Virus record (IMG/VR): IMGVR_UViG_3300031555_002005
From: a virus
Taxonomy: Duplodnaviria; Heunggongvirae; Uroviricota; Caudoviricetes
DNA: 64,000 nt
Strand: one strand, 5' to 3'
Notes under the pieces: generated by a model
Told to the model about the DNA's origin: nothing
Databases searched by the model: none
Seen by the model: the letters and a program-made list of their open reading frames with translations, nothing else
Position numbers and translations under genes: made by a program
Shown: piece after piece, positions 53,618 through 63,928 of the stretch
Layout: every line of letters begins with the position of its first letter
How positions within the stretch are numbered: the stretch's first letter is position 1

Positions 53618-55573
53618 GTGAATAAAATTGATAGAATTAAAGAACTCGTAGAGCTGCTAAATCATTATCGAAATGAATATTATAACAACTCTCGCAGTGA
53701 AATCTCAGATTTTGAATATGACCAGTTATTTGACGAACTTGTTAGTCTAGAATCAGAAACTGGTTTTATTATGGCAGTGTCACCAACACAAACAGTTGGT
53801 TATGAGGTTAAGTCAGAACTGAAAAAAGTGAAACATAATCATCCTATGTTGTCACTTGATAAAACCAAAAGCGTAGATGATGTACTTTCATTCCTTGATG
53901 GAAAAGATGGCGCAATTATGGCCAAGATGGATGGGCTGACATGTTCGCTACGATATTTGAATGGAGAGCTTGTTTCTGCTGAAACGAGAGGCAATGGTGA
54001 GGTCGGAGAGGATATTTTGCACTGTGCAAAAACTATTAAAAATATTCCTCTTAAAATTAATTGCACAGAAGAAATCATTATTGATGGCGAAGTGATTATT
54101 ACATATGATGACTTTGAAAAAATCAATTCCACATTACCAGACGATCAAAAATACAAACATCCACGAAACCTTGCGTCAGGATCTATTAGACAGCTTGATA
54201 GCAATATTGCCGCACAAAGAAACATGAAGTTCATTGCGTGGAAAGTTATTAAAGGTTGTAGTAATAATTCTTTTATACGTAGGTTGATGTTTGCAAGTGG
54301 ACTTGGGTTTAGCACTACTCCACTAATTCCACTGCCGACGATTTTTCAAAATAAAGAGCAGATTCAAATTGCGATTGAACAAATTAAGATTTGGTCTAAA
54401 GAAGAAGGATATCCTATTGACGGATGTGTGTTTGGATATGACGATGTAGCTTATGGTAAATCACTTGGTGCAACAGGACACCATCTGCGTAGCCAACTTG
54501 CTTTTAAGTTTTATGATGAGTTATATCCTACAAGATTACAATATATTGATTGGACAATTGGTAAGTCTTCTCAGCTAACACCAACAGCAGTATTTGATAC
54601 TGTAGAAATTGATGGAGCCGATGTGTCACGTGCATCACTACATAATATCAGTATTATTAAAAATCTTGGACTGACTAATGGTTGTACTGTAAATGTATTT
54701 AAGGCCAATCAAATTATCCCACAGATTGACTCTTGTGAAAATGATGGCAGTGGTGATATTGAAATCCCTATGACTTGCCCGATTTGTGGAGGAGCAACTG
54801 CTATTAAAAGAGATAATGAATCTGAGGTGCTAATCTGTACAAATTCTGAGTGTGCGGGCAAGAAGCTTGCGCAGTTTACTCACTTTGTTTCTAAGAAAGG
54901 TATGGATATTAAAAATTTATCTGAGGCAACACTTCAAGATTTGATCTCACATGGATTTATCCACAACTTCAAAGACATTTACCATCTTGCTGACCATAAA
55001 CAGCAACTTATTCGTCTAGATGGATTTGGCAAAAAATCAGTGGAAAATCTGCTAAAATCTATTGAAGATTCGAGGAATGTGAAGCTTGAGAATTTTATTG
55101 CTGCACTAGGCATTCCAAACATTGGACTATCAGCGTCTAAAACTATATCAAAACACTTCAGTGGCAGCTATAAAGAATTAATGAATACATATTTTTACTG
55201 GCGTTTTGATTGGACAGCTCTTGAAGACTTTGGAGATGTTATGGCAGAAAGTATCAATAAGTATTTGTGTAATCATTTTGAAGAAATTAATGAATTGGCC
55301 GATGAAATGAATTTTATACTTCCAGAGGAGCATAATGATAATTCTCTTGAAGGATTAAAGTTTTGCATAACTGGCAGTTTCAGTCAGCCTAGAGATGGCC
55401 TCAAGAAGCAGTTAGAGAGCCGTGGAGCCAAGTTTATCAGCTCCGTGAGCAAGAATCTGGACATTCTTTTCGCAGGAGAGAAGGCTGGCAGCAAGCTTAC
55501 AAAGGCACAACAGCTTGGTGTTAGAGTTGCAAATGAAGAAGAATTAATGAAGATGCTTGGAGAACATATATGA
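53618..55573 (+). CDS. ligA: NAD-dependent DNA ligase
   Basis: KMDGL adenylation motif; CPICGG zinc finger; HhH; C-terminal BRCT-like; GTG start. Confidence 0.85.
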   Translation: MNKIDRIKELVELLNHYRNEYYNNSRSEISDFEYDQLFDELVSLESETGFIMAVSPTQTVGYEVKSELKKVKHNHPMLSLDKTKSVDDVLSFLDGKDGAIMAKMDGLTCSLRYLNGELVSAETRGNGEVGEDILHCAKTIKNIPLKINCTEEIIIDGEVIITYDDFEKINSTLPDDQKYKHPRNLASGSIRQLDSNIAAQRNMKFIAWKVIKGCSNNSFIRRLMFASGLGFSTTPLIPLPTIFQNKEQIQIAIEQIKIWSKEEGYPIDGCVFGYDDVAYGKSLGATGHHLRSQLAFKFYDELYPTRLQYIDWTIGKSSQLTPTAVFDTVEIDGADVSRASLHNISIIKNLGLTNGCTVNVFKANQIIPQIDSCENDGSGDIEIPMTCPICGGATAIKRDNESEVLICTNSECAGKKLAQFTHFVSKKGMDIKNLSEATLQDLISHGFIHNFKDIYHLADHKQQLIRLDGFGKKSVENLLKSIEDSRNVKLENFIAALGIPNIGLSASKTISKHFSGSYKELMNTYFYWRFDWTALEDFGDVMAESINKYLCNHFEEINELADEMNFILPEEHNDNSLEGLKFCITGSFSQPRDGLKKQLESRGAKFISSVSKNLDILFAGEKAGSKLTKAQQLGVRVANEEELMKMLGEHI

Positions 55574-55893
55574 TAAATATGGCGCCAATAGTATTAAACT
55601 TAATTAACGCATCAAGGCGTCCTACTGCAAGTAAAAGACAGCCTAATCCAAATTACAAGCATCCTGCATCAGTAGCTAATCGAGATATTCTTGATGGTAG
55701 AGGTTTAAAACCACTTGGGCACACAAATATTCCTATGTCACCAGTGAAACCGTCTGTCAAACATAATATACATATCAAAATGACTTATGATAATGTATGG
55801 CATATTTATGTTAATAATAAGCTAACATTTAGTACTACTTCAAACAAGAATTTACTAAAACATTTAGCAACAATTATTAATAATAAAAATTAA
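55570..55893 (+). CDS. hypothetical basic protein
   Basis: ORF. Confidence 0.45.
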   Translation: MINMAPIVLNLINASRRPTASKRQPNPNYKHPASVANRDILDGRGLKPLGHTNIPMSPVKPSVKHNIHIKMTYDNVWHIYVNNKLTFSTTSNKNLLKHLATIINNKN

Positions 55894-55894
55894 T

Positions 55895-55927
55895 TGAAAA
55901 GGGCACATGGGCTATCTATGTGCCCTT
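55895..55927 (+). terminator. rho-independent terminator
   Basis: GGGCACAT-GGGCTATCT-ATGTGCCC followed by TTAATTTG. Confidence 0.65.
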
Positions 55928-55936
55928 AATTTGCAC

Positions 55937-55964
55937 TTGACAAACTAGAAATTTCTGCTATAAT
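55937..55964 (+). promoter_or_regulatory. sigma-A-type promoter
   Basis: TTGACA-N16-TATAAT, then the conserved element. Confidence 0.55.
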
Positions 55965-55997
55965 AACAGTACAAAATTAATGAAAGGAATAACCAAT

Positions 55998-56483
55998 ATG
56001 GCAAGTAACAATATTGTCAACAATTACTGTAGCACTCTTATTCAGATTGCAACTGACGTGGTAAAAAAGTACGAAAGCAACGTAGAAATTATCAAGAAGA
56101 CTGAAGATGAGCTGAATGACGTTTATCACGAAATTGAGCTTGGTAAACCTCAGGATCTTTATGGCGGATATAAACTGTATAAACAAGTGAAGGATTTGCG
56201 TATGCAGAGAAGACAGGCCAAGGATGAGAATGATTTGCTCAAAGACATGTATGACTATATTAAGAGTCAGCCAGGACAGTCTTTCAAGAGTAAGATTCAG
56301 TCTATTCAGGGAAGCTCTGCAAAGGTTTATGAAGCACAGAATCGTAGAACTTATAATCCTCGACAAAGAAGTGATTTGACTATTACGAATAAGACTTGTG
56401 AGGTAAATAGACCGTTTGAGGATTTGATGAAGGAATTTAAGCAGACGAAGGTAACAATGCAGGGTGGCAAGTTAAGGAAGTGA
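55998..56483 (+). CDS. hypothetical protein
   Basis: AAAGGAATAA RBS before the ATG at 55998. Confidence 0.5.
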   Translation: MASNNIVNNYCSTLIQIATDVVKKYESNVEIIKKTEDELNDVYHEIELGKPQDLYGGYKLYKQVKDLRMQRRQAKDENDLLKDMYDYIKSQPGQSFKSKIQSIQGSSAKVYEAQNRRTYNPRQRSDLTITNKTCEVNRPFEDLMKEFKQTKVTMQGGKLRK

Positions 56484-56487
56484 ATTA

Positions 56488-57627
56488 ATGGTTTTAACTA
56501 ATGGACAAGAAAAAGGATTAAAGATAGCGGTTGAAAGATATAAAAAAGGAAAGCCGTACACAACTATTGTCGGGTACGCTGGAACTGGTAAAACGACACT
56601 TGTTAGATTTATTGTGGATGAACTCAAGCTACATGACTCTAAAGTTGTATACATTGCATACACAGGAAAGGCTGCATTAGTTCTACGTAACAAAGGATGT
56701 ACTAATGCTATGACCGCCCATAGGCTATTATATAAATCAGAAGAGCTTCCAGACGGAACATTTATTCATACGCCAAAAAAGAAGCTGGACAGAAATTATG
56801 ATCTAATTGTTTGTGATGAGGCGTCAATGCTGCCACAGGAGATGATAGACCTATTGTTGTCACACAGTGTTCATGTATTATTTCTTGGTGATAATGCACA
56901 GCTCCCTCCAATTGAAGGCAAGCAGACTATTCTCAATAATCCAAATGTATTTTTAACAGAGGTTACGAGGCAAGCACTTGATAATCCTATTATTCAATTA
57001 TCTATGGATGTGCGAGAAGGAAAACGGCTTGAATATGGCGGTGACAAGCGATGCAGAGTAATGCAGAATGACAAAGTTACAGATGCGTTGTTGCTTGGTG
57101 CAGATCAAATTATTGTTGGTAAAAATATTACCAGACATAAGATTAATGAGTATATGCGTCAATTAAAATGGGGAGAAAAATATTCTAAAGATCCCCTAGA
57201 AGGAGAAAAGTGTATTTGTCTTAAAAATAACTGGAACGAAACCGCATCAAATGGAGATCCATTAATTAATGGGCAAATTGGGCAGTTAACAAACATTCAC
57301 ATAATTGAAATGCCCCCTTATGAGAAAGTTATTGTTGCAGATTTTATATCTGATGATGGTGGAGTTTATGAAGATTTATTAATTGACTATAAGTTAATGG
57401 TTGAGGGAAAATCCACTGTAAATAAAGATAATTGGAAACAATATGCCGGTGCGCCAAAATTGCTTGAATTTGCATATGCATATGCGATCACTTGTCATAA
57501 GAGCCAAGGTTCTGAGTTTAATCGTGTGATTTTATTTGAAGAGTGGCTAGGAGATTATGAACAGCATCAGAAGTGGTTATATACCGGAATCACGAGAGCT
57601 TCAAAACAATTAGTAATTGTTAAATAA
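56488..57627 (+). CDS. RecD/Dda-like superfamily-1 DNA helicase
   Basis: Walker A GYAGTGKTT; LIVCDEASML; C-terminal motifs. Confidence 0.75.
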   Translation: MVLTNGQEKGLKIAVERYKKGKPYTTIVGYAGTGKTTLVRFIVDELKLHDSKVVYIAYTGKAALVLRNKGCTNAMTAHRLLYKSEELPDGTFIHTPKKKLDRNYDLIVCDEASMLPQEMIDLLLSHSVHVLFLGDNAQLPPIEGKQTILNNPNVFLTEVTRQALDNPIIQLSMDVREGKRLEYGGDKRCRVMQNDKVTDALLLGADQIIVGKNITRHKINEYMRQLKWGEKYSKDPLEGEKCICLKNNWNETASNGDPLINGQIGQLTNIHIIEMPPYEKVIVADFISDDGGVYEDLLIDYKLMVEGKSTVNKDNWKQYAGAPKLLEFAYAYAITCHKSQGSEFNRVILFEEWLGDYEQHQKWLYTGITRASKQLVIVK

Positions 57628-57660
57628 ACAATACAAAATTAATATAAGTGAGGTGAGAGT

Positions 57661-58314
57661 ATGGGAAAAATAATTGATATGACCGGATGGGTTATGAGTG
57701 AACATGGTGTTCCTGATAGCAAATGGAAAGTTATAGAGCGGTCTAAATCTTTAGACGGGAAAAATAGTTTTTGGTTATGCGAATGCTCCTGTGATAATCA
57801 TACAAGAAAAATTATAGCACGGCATAGTCTTGTAAGCGGAAATAGTAAGTCTTGTGGGTGTTTGTCAGCAGAAGAAACAAGTAAGAGAATAAGTACTCAT
57901 AAAATGTCTGGATCTCGCCTTCATAATATATGGAAAAGCATGAAAGAAAGATGCTATAACATTAATCACAACCAATATAAAGACTATGGCGGAAGAGGAA
58001 TTGCTATATGCGAAGAATGGAAAGATGATTTTATTTCTTTTTATAACTGGGCAACAAGTAATGGTTATAGTGACAATTTGACAATAGATAGGATTGATAA
58101 TAATAAAAATTACTGTCCTGAAAATTGTAAATGGAGCACAAGAAAAGAACAAAATAATAATCAGCGAACTAATCATTTGCTTACATATAACAATAAAACA
58201 CAAACAATGGCGCAGTGGGCGGAAGAGATTGGATTGAATCCACGTACATTGCAAACACGTATTTCAAGAGGATGGAATGTACAAGATGCATTGTTCGGAA
58301 AAGCACAAAATTAA
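57661..58314 (+). CDS. HNH (HNH_3/AP2-type) homing endonuclease
   Basis: NLTIDRIDNNKNYCPENC...NQRTNH. Confidence 0.65.
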   Translation: MGKIIDMTGWVMSEHGVPDSKWKVIERSKSLDGKNSFWLCECSCDNHTRKIIARHSLVSGNSKSCGCLSAEETSKRISTHKMSGSRLHNIWKSMKERCYNINHNQYKDYGGRGIAICEEWKDDFISFYNWATSNGYSDNLTIDRIDNNKNYCPENCKWSTRKEQNNNQRTNHLLTYNNKTQTMAQWAEEIGLNPRTLQTRISRGWNVQDALFGKAQN

Positions 58315-58333
58315 TGAGAGGGAGTGATATAAA

Positions 58334-61300
58334 TTGAGTTTTGTGAATCTTCATGTTCACTCAGCACAAGGTTCATTACTAGATTCAATTTTAACTATTG
58401 ACCAAATGGTCAAGTATGCTGTAGATAATAAACAACCAGCTATTGCACTGTCTGACCATGGAACAATGCATGGTTTTGTGGACCAAGTAGAGCTGTGTAA
58501 TAAACATGGCATTAAGCCCATTGTTGCTTGTGAAATTTATGAGGTAGATAACTACCTTGAAAAGCAAGATACTAAAGAATATAAACAGCCAAGATATCAC
58601 TTGCTTCTTATTGTCAAAACACAGCAAGGTCTAAAAAATCTATTTAAAATTGTAAGTGAAGCATCGACGACTGGTTTTTATGGCAAGCCAAGAATTTCAA
58701 TTCCTTGGATAAAAGATAATAATCTTGGTGATGGCATTATTTGCCTTACCGCATGTCAAGCAGGTCGTGTTAGTAGATATCTTGAAGCAGAAAGATATAA
58801 AGAAGCAGAAGAATATGTTAAGCTTCTTAAAGATACTTTCGATTATGTATCTCTTGAAATTCAATCTCACCCCACAGAACAGCAGTTGGCATGCAATACT
58901 TTAATTTTTAATTTTGCAAGATATATGAAAATGCCTTATGTCATTACTACTGATGCACATATGTTAAGCGCCGATCAGCTTGATTCTCATTCCATTTTTG
59001 TTGAAATCGGTGAAGGTCGTGAAGCCGGTGAGATTTATTCAGGATGTCATTTGCAAAATGAAAAAGATGTCTACAAATATTTAGGCAACTGGAATCTAGA
59101 CAGAGTAATTCAGGCGGGAATTGACGAAACAATTAAAATCACAAATATGATTGATGATGGTATTGATTATGGTCTAGGACATGGTAGTATTACTCCTGTA
59201 GTTGATGTTCCTGCAGAATATTCATCTCATGCAGACTATTTGCACTATCTTGTTTTCCAAACGTTTAATGAAAAGTTTGGATGGATGAGTAAAGAAGAGC
59301 AAGAAATTAGACGAGAGAGACTTGAAAGAGAGCTTCCTGTTATTAACGCTCTAGATTACACAGACTATTTTATTATGCTTTATATGATTGCAAAAGAAGC
59401 AGATAAACGTGGACTTCCTAGAGGGTATTCTAGAGGTTCTGGCGCAAACTGCTTGTGTCTATTTATGCTAAATGTCACTCAGGTTGACAGTGTAAGATGG
59501 ACGCTTGATTTTTCTCGTTTTGCTAATATGGGTCGTATTGGTAGTCTAGCAGACTTCGACTGGGATATTTCTAAGCGTAGACGTAAAGAAATTATTGAAA
59601 TTACAGAAGAGTTATTTGGCAAAGAAAACGTGGCACCAATTGCTACATTTAATACATTGTCTACAAAGGTTGCAATCAAAGATATTGGTAAGGTTCTTAA
59701 TGAAAAAGAAAGTAGCCCATATTTTGGTCAGATTCCATATTCAGTACGTGATGAAGTTGCAAAAATGATTCCTACTGTAAAAACATTAAGCGACCTTGGT
59801 GAAGCCGAAGAAAAAGATGTCTTGCTACGAGAACTCGTTGGTAAAAATGAAAAGCTTGACACAATTCACAAACAATTCCCTATGTGGTTTAAGTATGTTA
59901 TGGATCTTGAAGGACTTCCTAAGAGTAGGGGTAGACATGCAAGTGCAACATTGATTACGCCACATCCAGTTATTGAGCATATGCCATTATGTCTTGATAA
60001 CGACAAAAATGTTATGGCTCAGCTTGAAATGCATGCCGCTATGGACAAGCTGGGTTATTGTAAAATGGACTATCTTGGTCTTGAAAATCTTGACATTATT
60101 GATGATGCTTTAAAAAATGCAGGCTTGACATGGGATAATGTTAACATCAACCATCTAAACATTGATGACAAAAAAGTCTTTGATGAAGTATACAATTCTG
60201 GCAATACAATTGGAATTTTCCAGTTTGAATCTGCCGAAGCTAGAGCGATGAGTATTGCTGCGCATGTTGACAATATTGAAGATGTTATTGCAGTGAATGC
60301 AAGTAATCGTCCTGGCACTAAAAATAGTTTTCCTGACTACTGCAAGAATAAGCTACATCCAGAAAGTATAGAAAGCATCCATAAAGACCTTGATACTTTA
60401 TTTAAAACTACTCATAGTATTCTTTTGTACCAAGAAGATGCACTTCATTTATTTGCATATGCAGGTTTTCCCGAGGAAAAACAAGATGTTGCAAGAAGAG
60501 CAATTGGTAAGAAGAAAAAAGATGTCATGGCTTCTTTGTACGAAGAATTTAAAAATGGATTAGTTGCAAAGCAATGGTCAGAAAAGCAGATTCAAGATGT
60601 ATGGGCATTGCTTGCTAAGCAGGCAGAATATTCTTTTAACCGTGGGCATGCAGTTGCATACAGTTTGTTATCTTATTTGACAGCTTGGTTAAAAGTTTAT
60701 TATCCTGTTCAGTTTATGACTGCACTATTGACTGCAAAATCAGACCGTACTGAAAAGCTGAGCGCAATTATTAATGATTGTAATCGAATGGGTATCCAAG
60801 TGCTTCCTCCGAAGATCAATGAATCAAAGCAGTCATTTACGGGCAATGCCGCTAAGCGTGAGATTCTATTTGGATTTGGCGCAGTTAAAGGCATTGGAGA
60901 TTCAGTTATCTCTAAGATTATTGAAAATCAGCCATATAAAAGCTTTGATGATTATGTTGATAAAGTTCAAGATAAAACTGCAACTATTGCTCTCATTAAA
61001 GCAAATGCGTTTCCAACCAAAGATAGAATGAAACTTATGCAGAAATATGCAAAGAGTTTGTATCCTGAAAAAGAATATAAACCAGTTTCTTCTTTGCCCA
61101 CTAAAGCCAGGCTTCTACTTGATTGGGATATTGACACTTCCGATTATATGATTGGCAAAAAGGTCGATAAAGAAAGAGTGCTTAATATTTATAATCAAAA
61201 GCGCAAAGAAATATTTGATGCAGATCAAAAGCAAAAGTTTAAAGCTTTTATGGCAGAGTTTAAATGTAAATATGCGGAAGATGAATTCTTGTGGGAATTC

Positions 61301-61675
61301 CAGAGTCTATCTATGTTTATCACATTTAATCCTTTGAAAGAAGCCTATGATCTTATTGGCACCGAGTGGGATGATGTTCCAAGTGGCAACAAAGCAGTTG
61401 TGCCATGTGTTATTGTAGATATCAAACGTAAAAAGGATAGAAATAATAATCAGTTTGCATATTTAGATTTGTGTATTAATGACCGCATTCTAGAAGCAAC
61501 TATTTGGAGTAAACAGCTTAAAGAATATGCTGAGCTTATCACAAAGGGTAGTTGTATTTGCATTCTTGGTAAAAAAGAAGAAGAACATTTATTTGTTGAG
61601 AAGATTAAGCCGTATCAGGTTTGGCTTAACAAGATCAAAAAGCTTAAAGCAAAAGCTAATATTTATAACTATTAA
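58334..61675 (+). CDS. dnaE: DNA polymerase III alpha subunit (DnaE-type) with N-terminal PHP domain
   Basis: MSFVNLHVHSAQGSLLDS PHP motif; 1113 aa; polymerase core motifs; TTG start with GAGGGAG RBS. Confidence 0.85.
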   Translation: MSFVNLHVHSAQGSLLDSILTIDQMVKYAVDNKQPAIALSDHGTMHGFVDQVELCNKHGIKPIVACEIYEVDNYLEKQDTKEYKQPRYHLLLIVKTQQGLKNLFKIVSEASTTGFYGKPRISIPWIKDNNLGDGIICLTACQAGRVSRYLEAERYKEAEEYVKLLKDTFDYVSLEIQSHPTEQQLACNTLIFNFARYMKMPYVITTDAHMLSADQLDSHSIFVEIGEGREAGEIYSGCHLQNEKDVYKYLGNWNLDRVIQAGIDETIKITNMIDDGIDYGLGHGSITPVVDVPAEYSSHADYLHYLVFQTFNEKFGWMSKEEQEIRRERLERELPVINALDYTDYFIMLYMIAKEADKRGLPRGYSRGSGANCLCLFMLNVTQVDSVRWTLDFSRFANMGRIGSLADFDWDISKRRRKEIIEITEELFGKENVAPIATFNTLSTKVAIKDIGKVLNEKESSPYFGQIPYSVRDEVAKMIPTVKTLSDLGEAEEKDVLLRELVGKNEKLDTIHKQFPMWFKYVMDLEGLPKSRGRHASATLITPHPVIEHMPLCLDNDKNVMAQLEMHAAMDKLGYCKMDYLGLENLDIIDDALKNAGLTWDNVNINHLNIDDKKVFDEVYNSGNTIGIFQFESAEARAMSIAAHVDNIEDVIAVNASNRPGTKNSFPDYCKNKLHPESIESIHKDLDTLFKTTHSILLYQEDALHLFAYAGFPEEKQDVARRAIGKKKKDVMASLYEEFKNGLVAKQWSEKQIQDVWALLAKQAEYSFNRGHAVAYSLLSYLTAWLKVYYPVQFMTALLTAKSDRTEKLSAIINDCNRMGIQVLPPKINESKQSFTGNAAKREILFGFGAVKGIGDSVISKIIENQPYKSFDDYVDKVQDKTATIALIKANAFPTKDRMKLMQKYAKSLYPEKEYKPVSSLPTKARLLLDWDIDTSDYMIGKKVDKERVLNIYNQKRKEIFDADQKQKFKAFMAEFKCKYAEDEFLWEFQSLSMFITFNPLKEAYDLIGTEWDDVPSGNKAVVPCVIVDIKRKKDRNNNQFAYLDLCINDRILEATIWSKQLKEYAELITKGSCICILGKKEEEHLFVEKIKPYQVWLNKIKKLKAKANIYNY

Positions 61676-61680
61676 TTGTT

Positions 61681-61734
61681 AAGTCAAGAGGGAATTACCA
61701 CCCTCTTGACAATACAAAATTAATGTGATATAAT
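61681..61734 (+). promoter_or_regulatory. terminator-like hairpin overlapping a sigma-A promoter
   Basis: GTCAAGAGGG...CCCTCTTGAC hairpin whose 3' arm contains TTGACA; atacaaaattaatgtga spacer; TATAAT. Confidence 0.55.
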
Positions 61735-61766
61735 ATATCCGACTACAATGAAAGGAAGGTATTACA

Positions 61767-62090
61767 ATGGAAGATGAAATGAAGACCATTGAAGATCAGG
61801 AAAATGATAAGCCCGTTCTAGACGACGATGCTCTAAAGGGAGCAATTGAGGAACAGCTTTCTAAGATTCGAAGACAGTCTATGATTTTAGGCTTTAGAGT
61901 AAGCTGTCAGACTGTTCTAGACAAGATCACCGCATTTGAAAGATCCCCTGGCAGCAAGTCTAACAATGATCATAAGAGACTTATTAAGGATATTAAAAAG
62001 TTTGTAGAAACTGGACTTGCTCGTAAGATGAATGAGAATGGTGAAATCGAAGTTCCAGAAGAAACTGAATCTGAAACAGTACAAAATTAA
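61767..62090 (+). CDS. hypothetical acidic protein
   Basis: GAAAGGAAGG RBS. Confidence 0.55.
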   Translation: MEDEMKTIEDQENDKPVLDDDALKGAIEEQLSKIRRQSMILGFRVSCQTVLDKITAFERSPGSKSNNDHKRLIKDIKKFVETGLARKMNENGEIEVPEETESETVQN

Positions 62091-62104
62091 TGGAGGGCAA
62101 ATAC

Positions 62105-62818
62105 ATGAAAGTAACAATTTTAAACCCTGAAGAAACTACAAGACTTTTTGAGTATTGGGGAAAAGCAAGCTGTGTATGTTATGATACTGAAACCGACACT
62201 CCTGCAAATGTTGGTAAGCATTGTATGAATAGTGGCCATTTCTCTGGAAGTCGTGGAAGATTTATCTTATTCAAAGTAGAGGGCTGCCCCAGATTTACAA
62301 TTGATCAAGCCGTCAGACATGAAGTTGGCGTAATGAAAAATGTACAGTCATTTAGATACGTAAGTAAAGATGCGTTTGTCTATGAAATCCCTGTAGAAAT
62401 TACTGACAATCATGAGCTATTAGAAAAGTACCATGTACATATGATGGCTGCTAGAGATCTTTACTGTGAAATTCAGGAGTATGTTCTGAATAAAACTGGT
62501 TCTCATGAAAGAGCAAATGAACAGGCGAGACATGTTATTCCTATTTCTACTCATGCAGATTTTGTTATTGGCATGACTGTAGAAGCACTTATTCATTTTG
62601 AAAATTCTAGACTGTGCATCAGAGCAGAAGATAAAATTAGAGAACTGGCTTTAGGATTTAAAAATGCGACACTTGAACTTCTCCCTGAACTAAAAGAAAA
62701 GCTAGTTCCTAACTGTCAGGAGTTGCTGTGGTGCCCTGAGGGCAAAGCATCTTGCGGTGCATATCCTACCAAGAAACAGCTTAAGCAAATGATTGCAGAG
62801 GTGAGGGTTCGTGGATAA
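62105..62818 (+). CDS. thyX: flavin-dependent thymidylate synthase (ThyX-like)
   Basis: RHEVGVMKNVQSFRY resembles the ThyX RHR-x7-S motif; AATGGAGGG RBS before the ATG at 62105. Confidence 0.55.
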   Translation: MKVTILNPEETTRLFEYWGKASCVCYDTETDTPANVGKHCMNSGHFSGSRGRFILFKVEGCPRFTIDQAVRHEVGVMKNVQSFRYVSKDAFVYEIPVEITDNHELLEKYHVHMMAARDLYCEIQEYVLNKTGSHERANEQARHVIPISTHADFVIGMTVEALIHFENSRLCIRAEDKIRELALGFKNATLELLPELKEKLVPNCQELLWCPEGKASCGAYPTKKQLKQMIAEVRVRG

Positions 62819-63374
62819 TACTCTTTATTTATTCGTGGGCAAAAGTGCATCAGGCAAAACAACTGTGGCAAATTTTCTAGAACAAAAACATGGTTTTAAA
62901 CAGGTAAATTCCTACACCACAAGACCTCCTAGATATGAAGGTGAAATTGGTCACATCTTTGTAAGTGATGAAGAGTTTGATGATCTTGGAGAGATGGTGG
63001 CGTATACAGAATACAATGGTCATCGCTACGGCACAACAGCAGAACAGCTAGATCAGTGCCAGATGTATGTAGTTGATGTGCCTGGAGTGGAAACACTACT
63101 AGAAAGATATGAAGCAGATAGGCAAATTGCGATTTTATATTTTAGCACCAATGTTTGCACTCGCATTAATCGAATGATAGATAGAGGTGATAGCGATATG
63201 GCTATTATTTCTAGGCTTTTGCAAGACGAGAAAGAAGATTGGCATGACAAACTAGATGATGTTGTTTGGCGATATAGAGCTTATTATAACCGTCGAATTT
63301 TTTTGTTTGACATGTATGCAGATGATGATCTAGCATCTGTAGTCACTAGAGCTGAGCGCCACATGGGGGTGTAA
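62811..63374 (+). CDS. guanylate kinase-like (d)NMP kinase
   Basis: GKSASGKTT P-loop and the SYTTRPPRxxE guanylate kinase signature. Confidence 0.7.
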   Translation: MDNTLYLFVGKSASGKTTVANFLEQKHGFKQVNSYTTRPPRYEGEIGHIFVSDEEFDDLGEMVAYTEYNGHRYGTTAEQLDQCQMYVVDVPGVETLLERYEADRQIAILYFSTNVCTRINRMIDRGDSDMAIISRLLQDEKEDWHDKLDDVVWRYRAYYNRRIFLFDMYADDDLASVVTRAERHMGV

Positions 63375-63376
63375 AC

Positions 63377-63928
63377 ATGGTGATTGTATGTGATGTAGAC
63401 AATGTGATATGTAATCTTCAAGAAGTTGTAGTTAACTTATTTAATGAGCGCAATGGCACACATTATACACTTAATCATTTTACTGAGTATGATGTAATGA
63501 ATGTTTTACCTACATCTGATGCAATTAAAATGCGAGATATATACAGCGAAACAGGCTTATACAATATTGTAAAGCCGCTTATTGGGGCACAAGATTCATT
63601 ACAAAAATTAATTAGTGACGGTCATCAAGTATATTTGGTGACCGACGCAATTCCAAAAACATATGGAGAAAAAGTTGAATTTATTCATCGGTATTTTCCA
63701 TTCATCGATGATGGGCATATTGTTGCCATGAAACACAAGCATTTATTTAGATGTGATGTACTTATTGAAGATAATTTAGCTAATCTTCTTGCGAAGCCTT
63801 ATTATCATCGAATCTGTTTCAACTATCCTTGGAACGAATCAAAAAAGGATTATGTTTACGGCATTCATCGTTGTTACAACTGGGATGATGTTGTTGCAGC
63901 GATTAATAAAATTAATGATTTGGAGTGA
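63377..63928 (+). CDS. HAD-superfamily 5'(3')-deoxyribonucleotidase
   Basis: N-terminal DVDNV (DxDx[TV]) motif. Confidence 0.6.
   Translation: MVIVCDVDNVICNLQEVVVNLFNERNGTHYTLNHFTEYDVMNVLPTSDAIKMRDIYSETGLYNIVKPLIGAQDSLQKLISDGHQVYLVTDAIPKTYGEKVEFIHRYFPFIDDGHIVAMKHKHLFRCDVLIEDNLANLLAKPYYHRICFNYPWNESKKDYVYGIHRCYNWDDVVAAINKINDLE

Noticed and set aside
2953-62104. 5'-extended ORF starts in the track (for example 2953, 5084, 18930, 22216, 34491, 62090)
   Set aside because: The first ATG lies inside the conserved ACAATACAAAATTAATG element or the promoter/RBS itself. A downstream ATG/GTG/TTG with proper GGAGG spacing was chosen instead.
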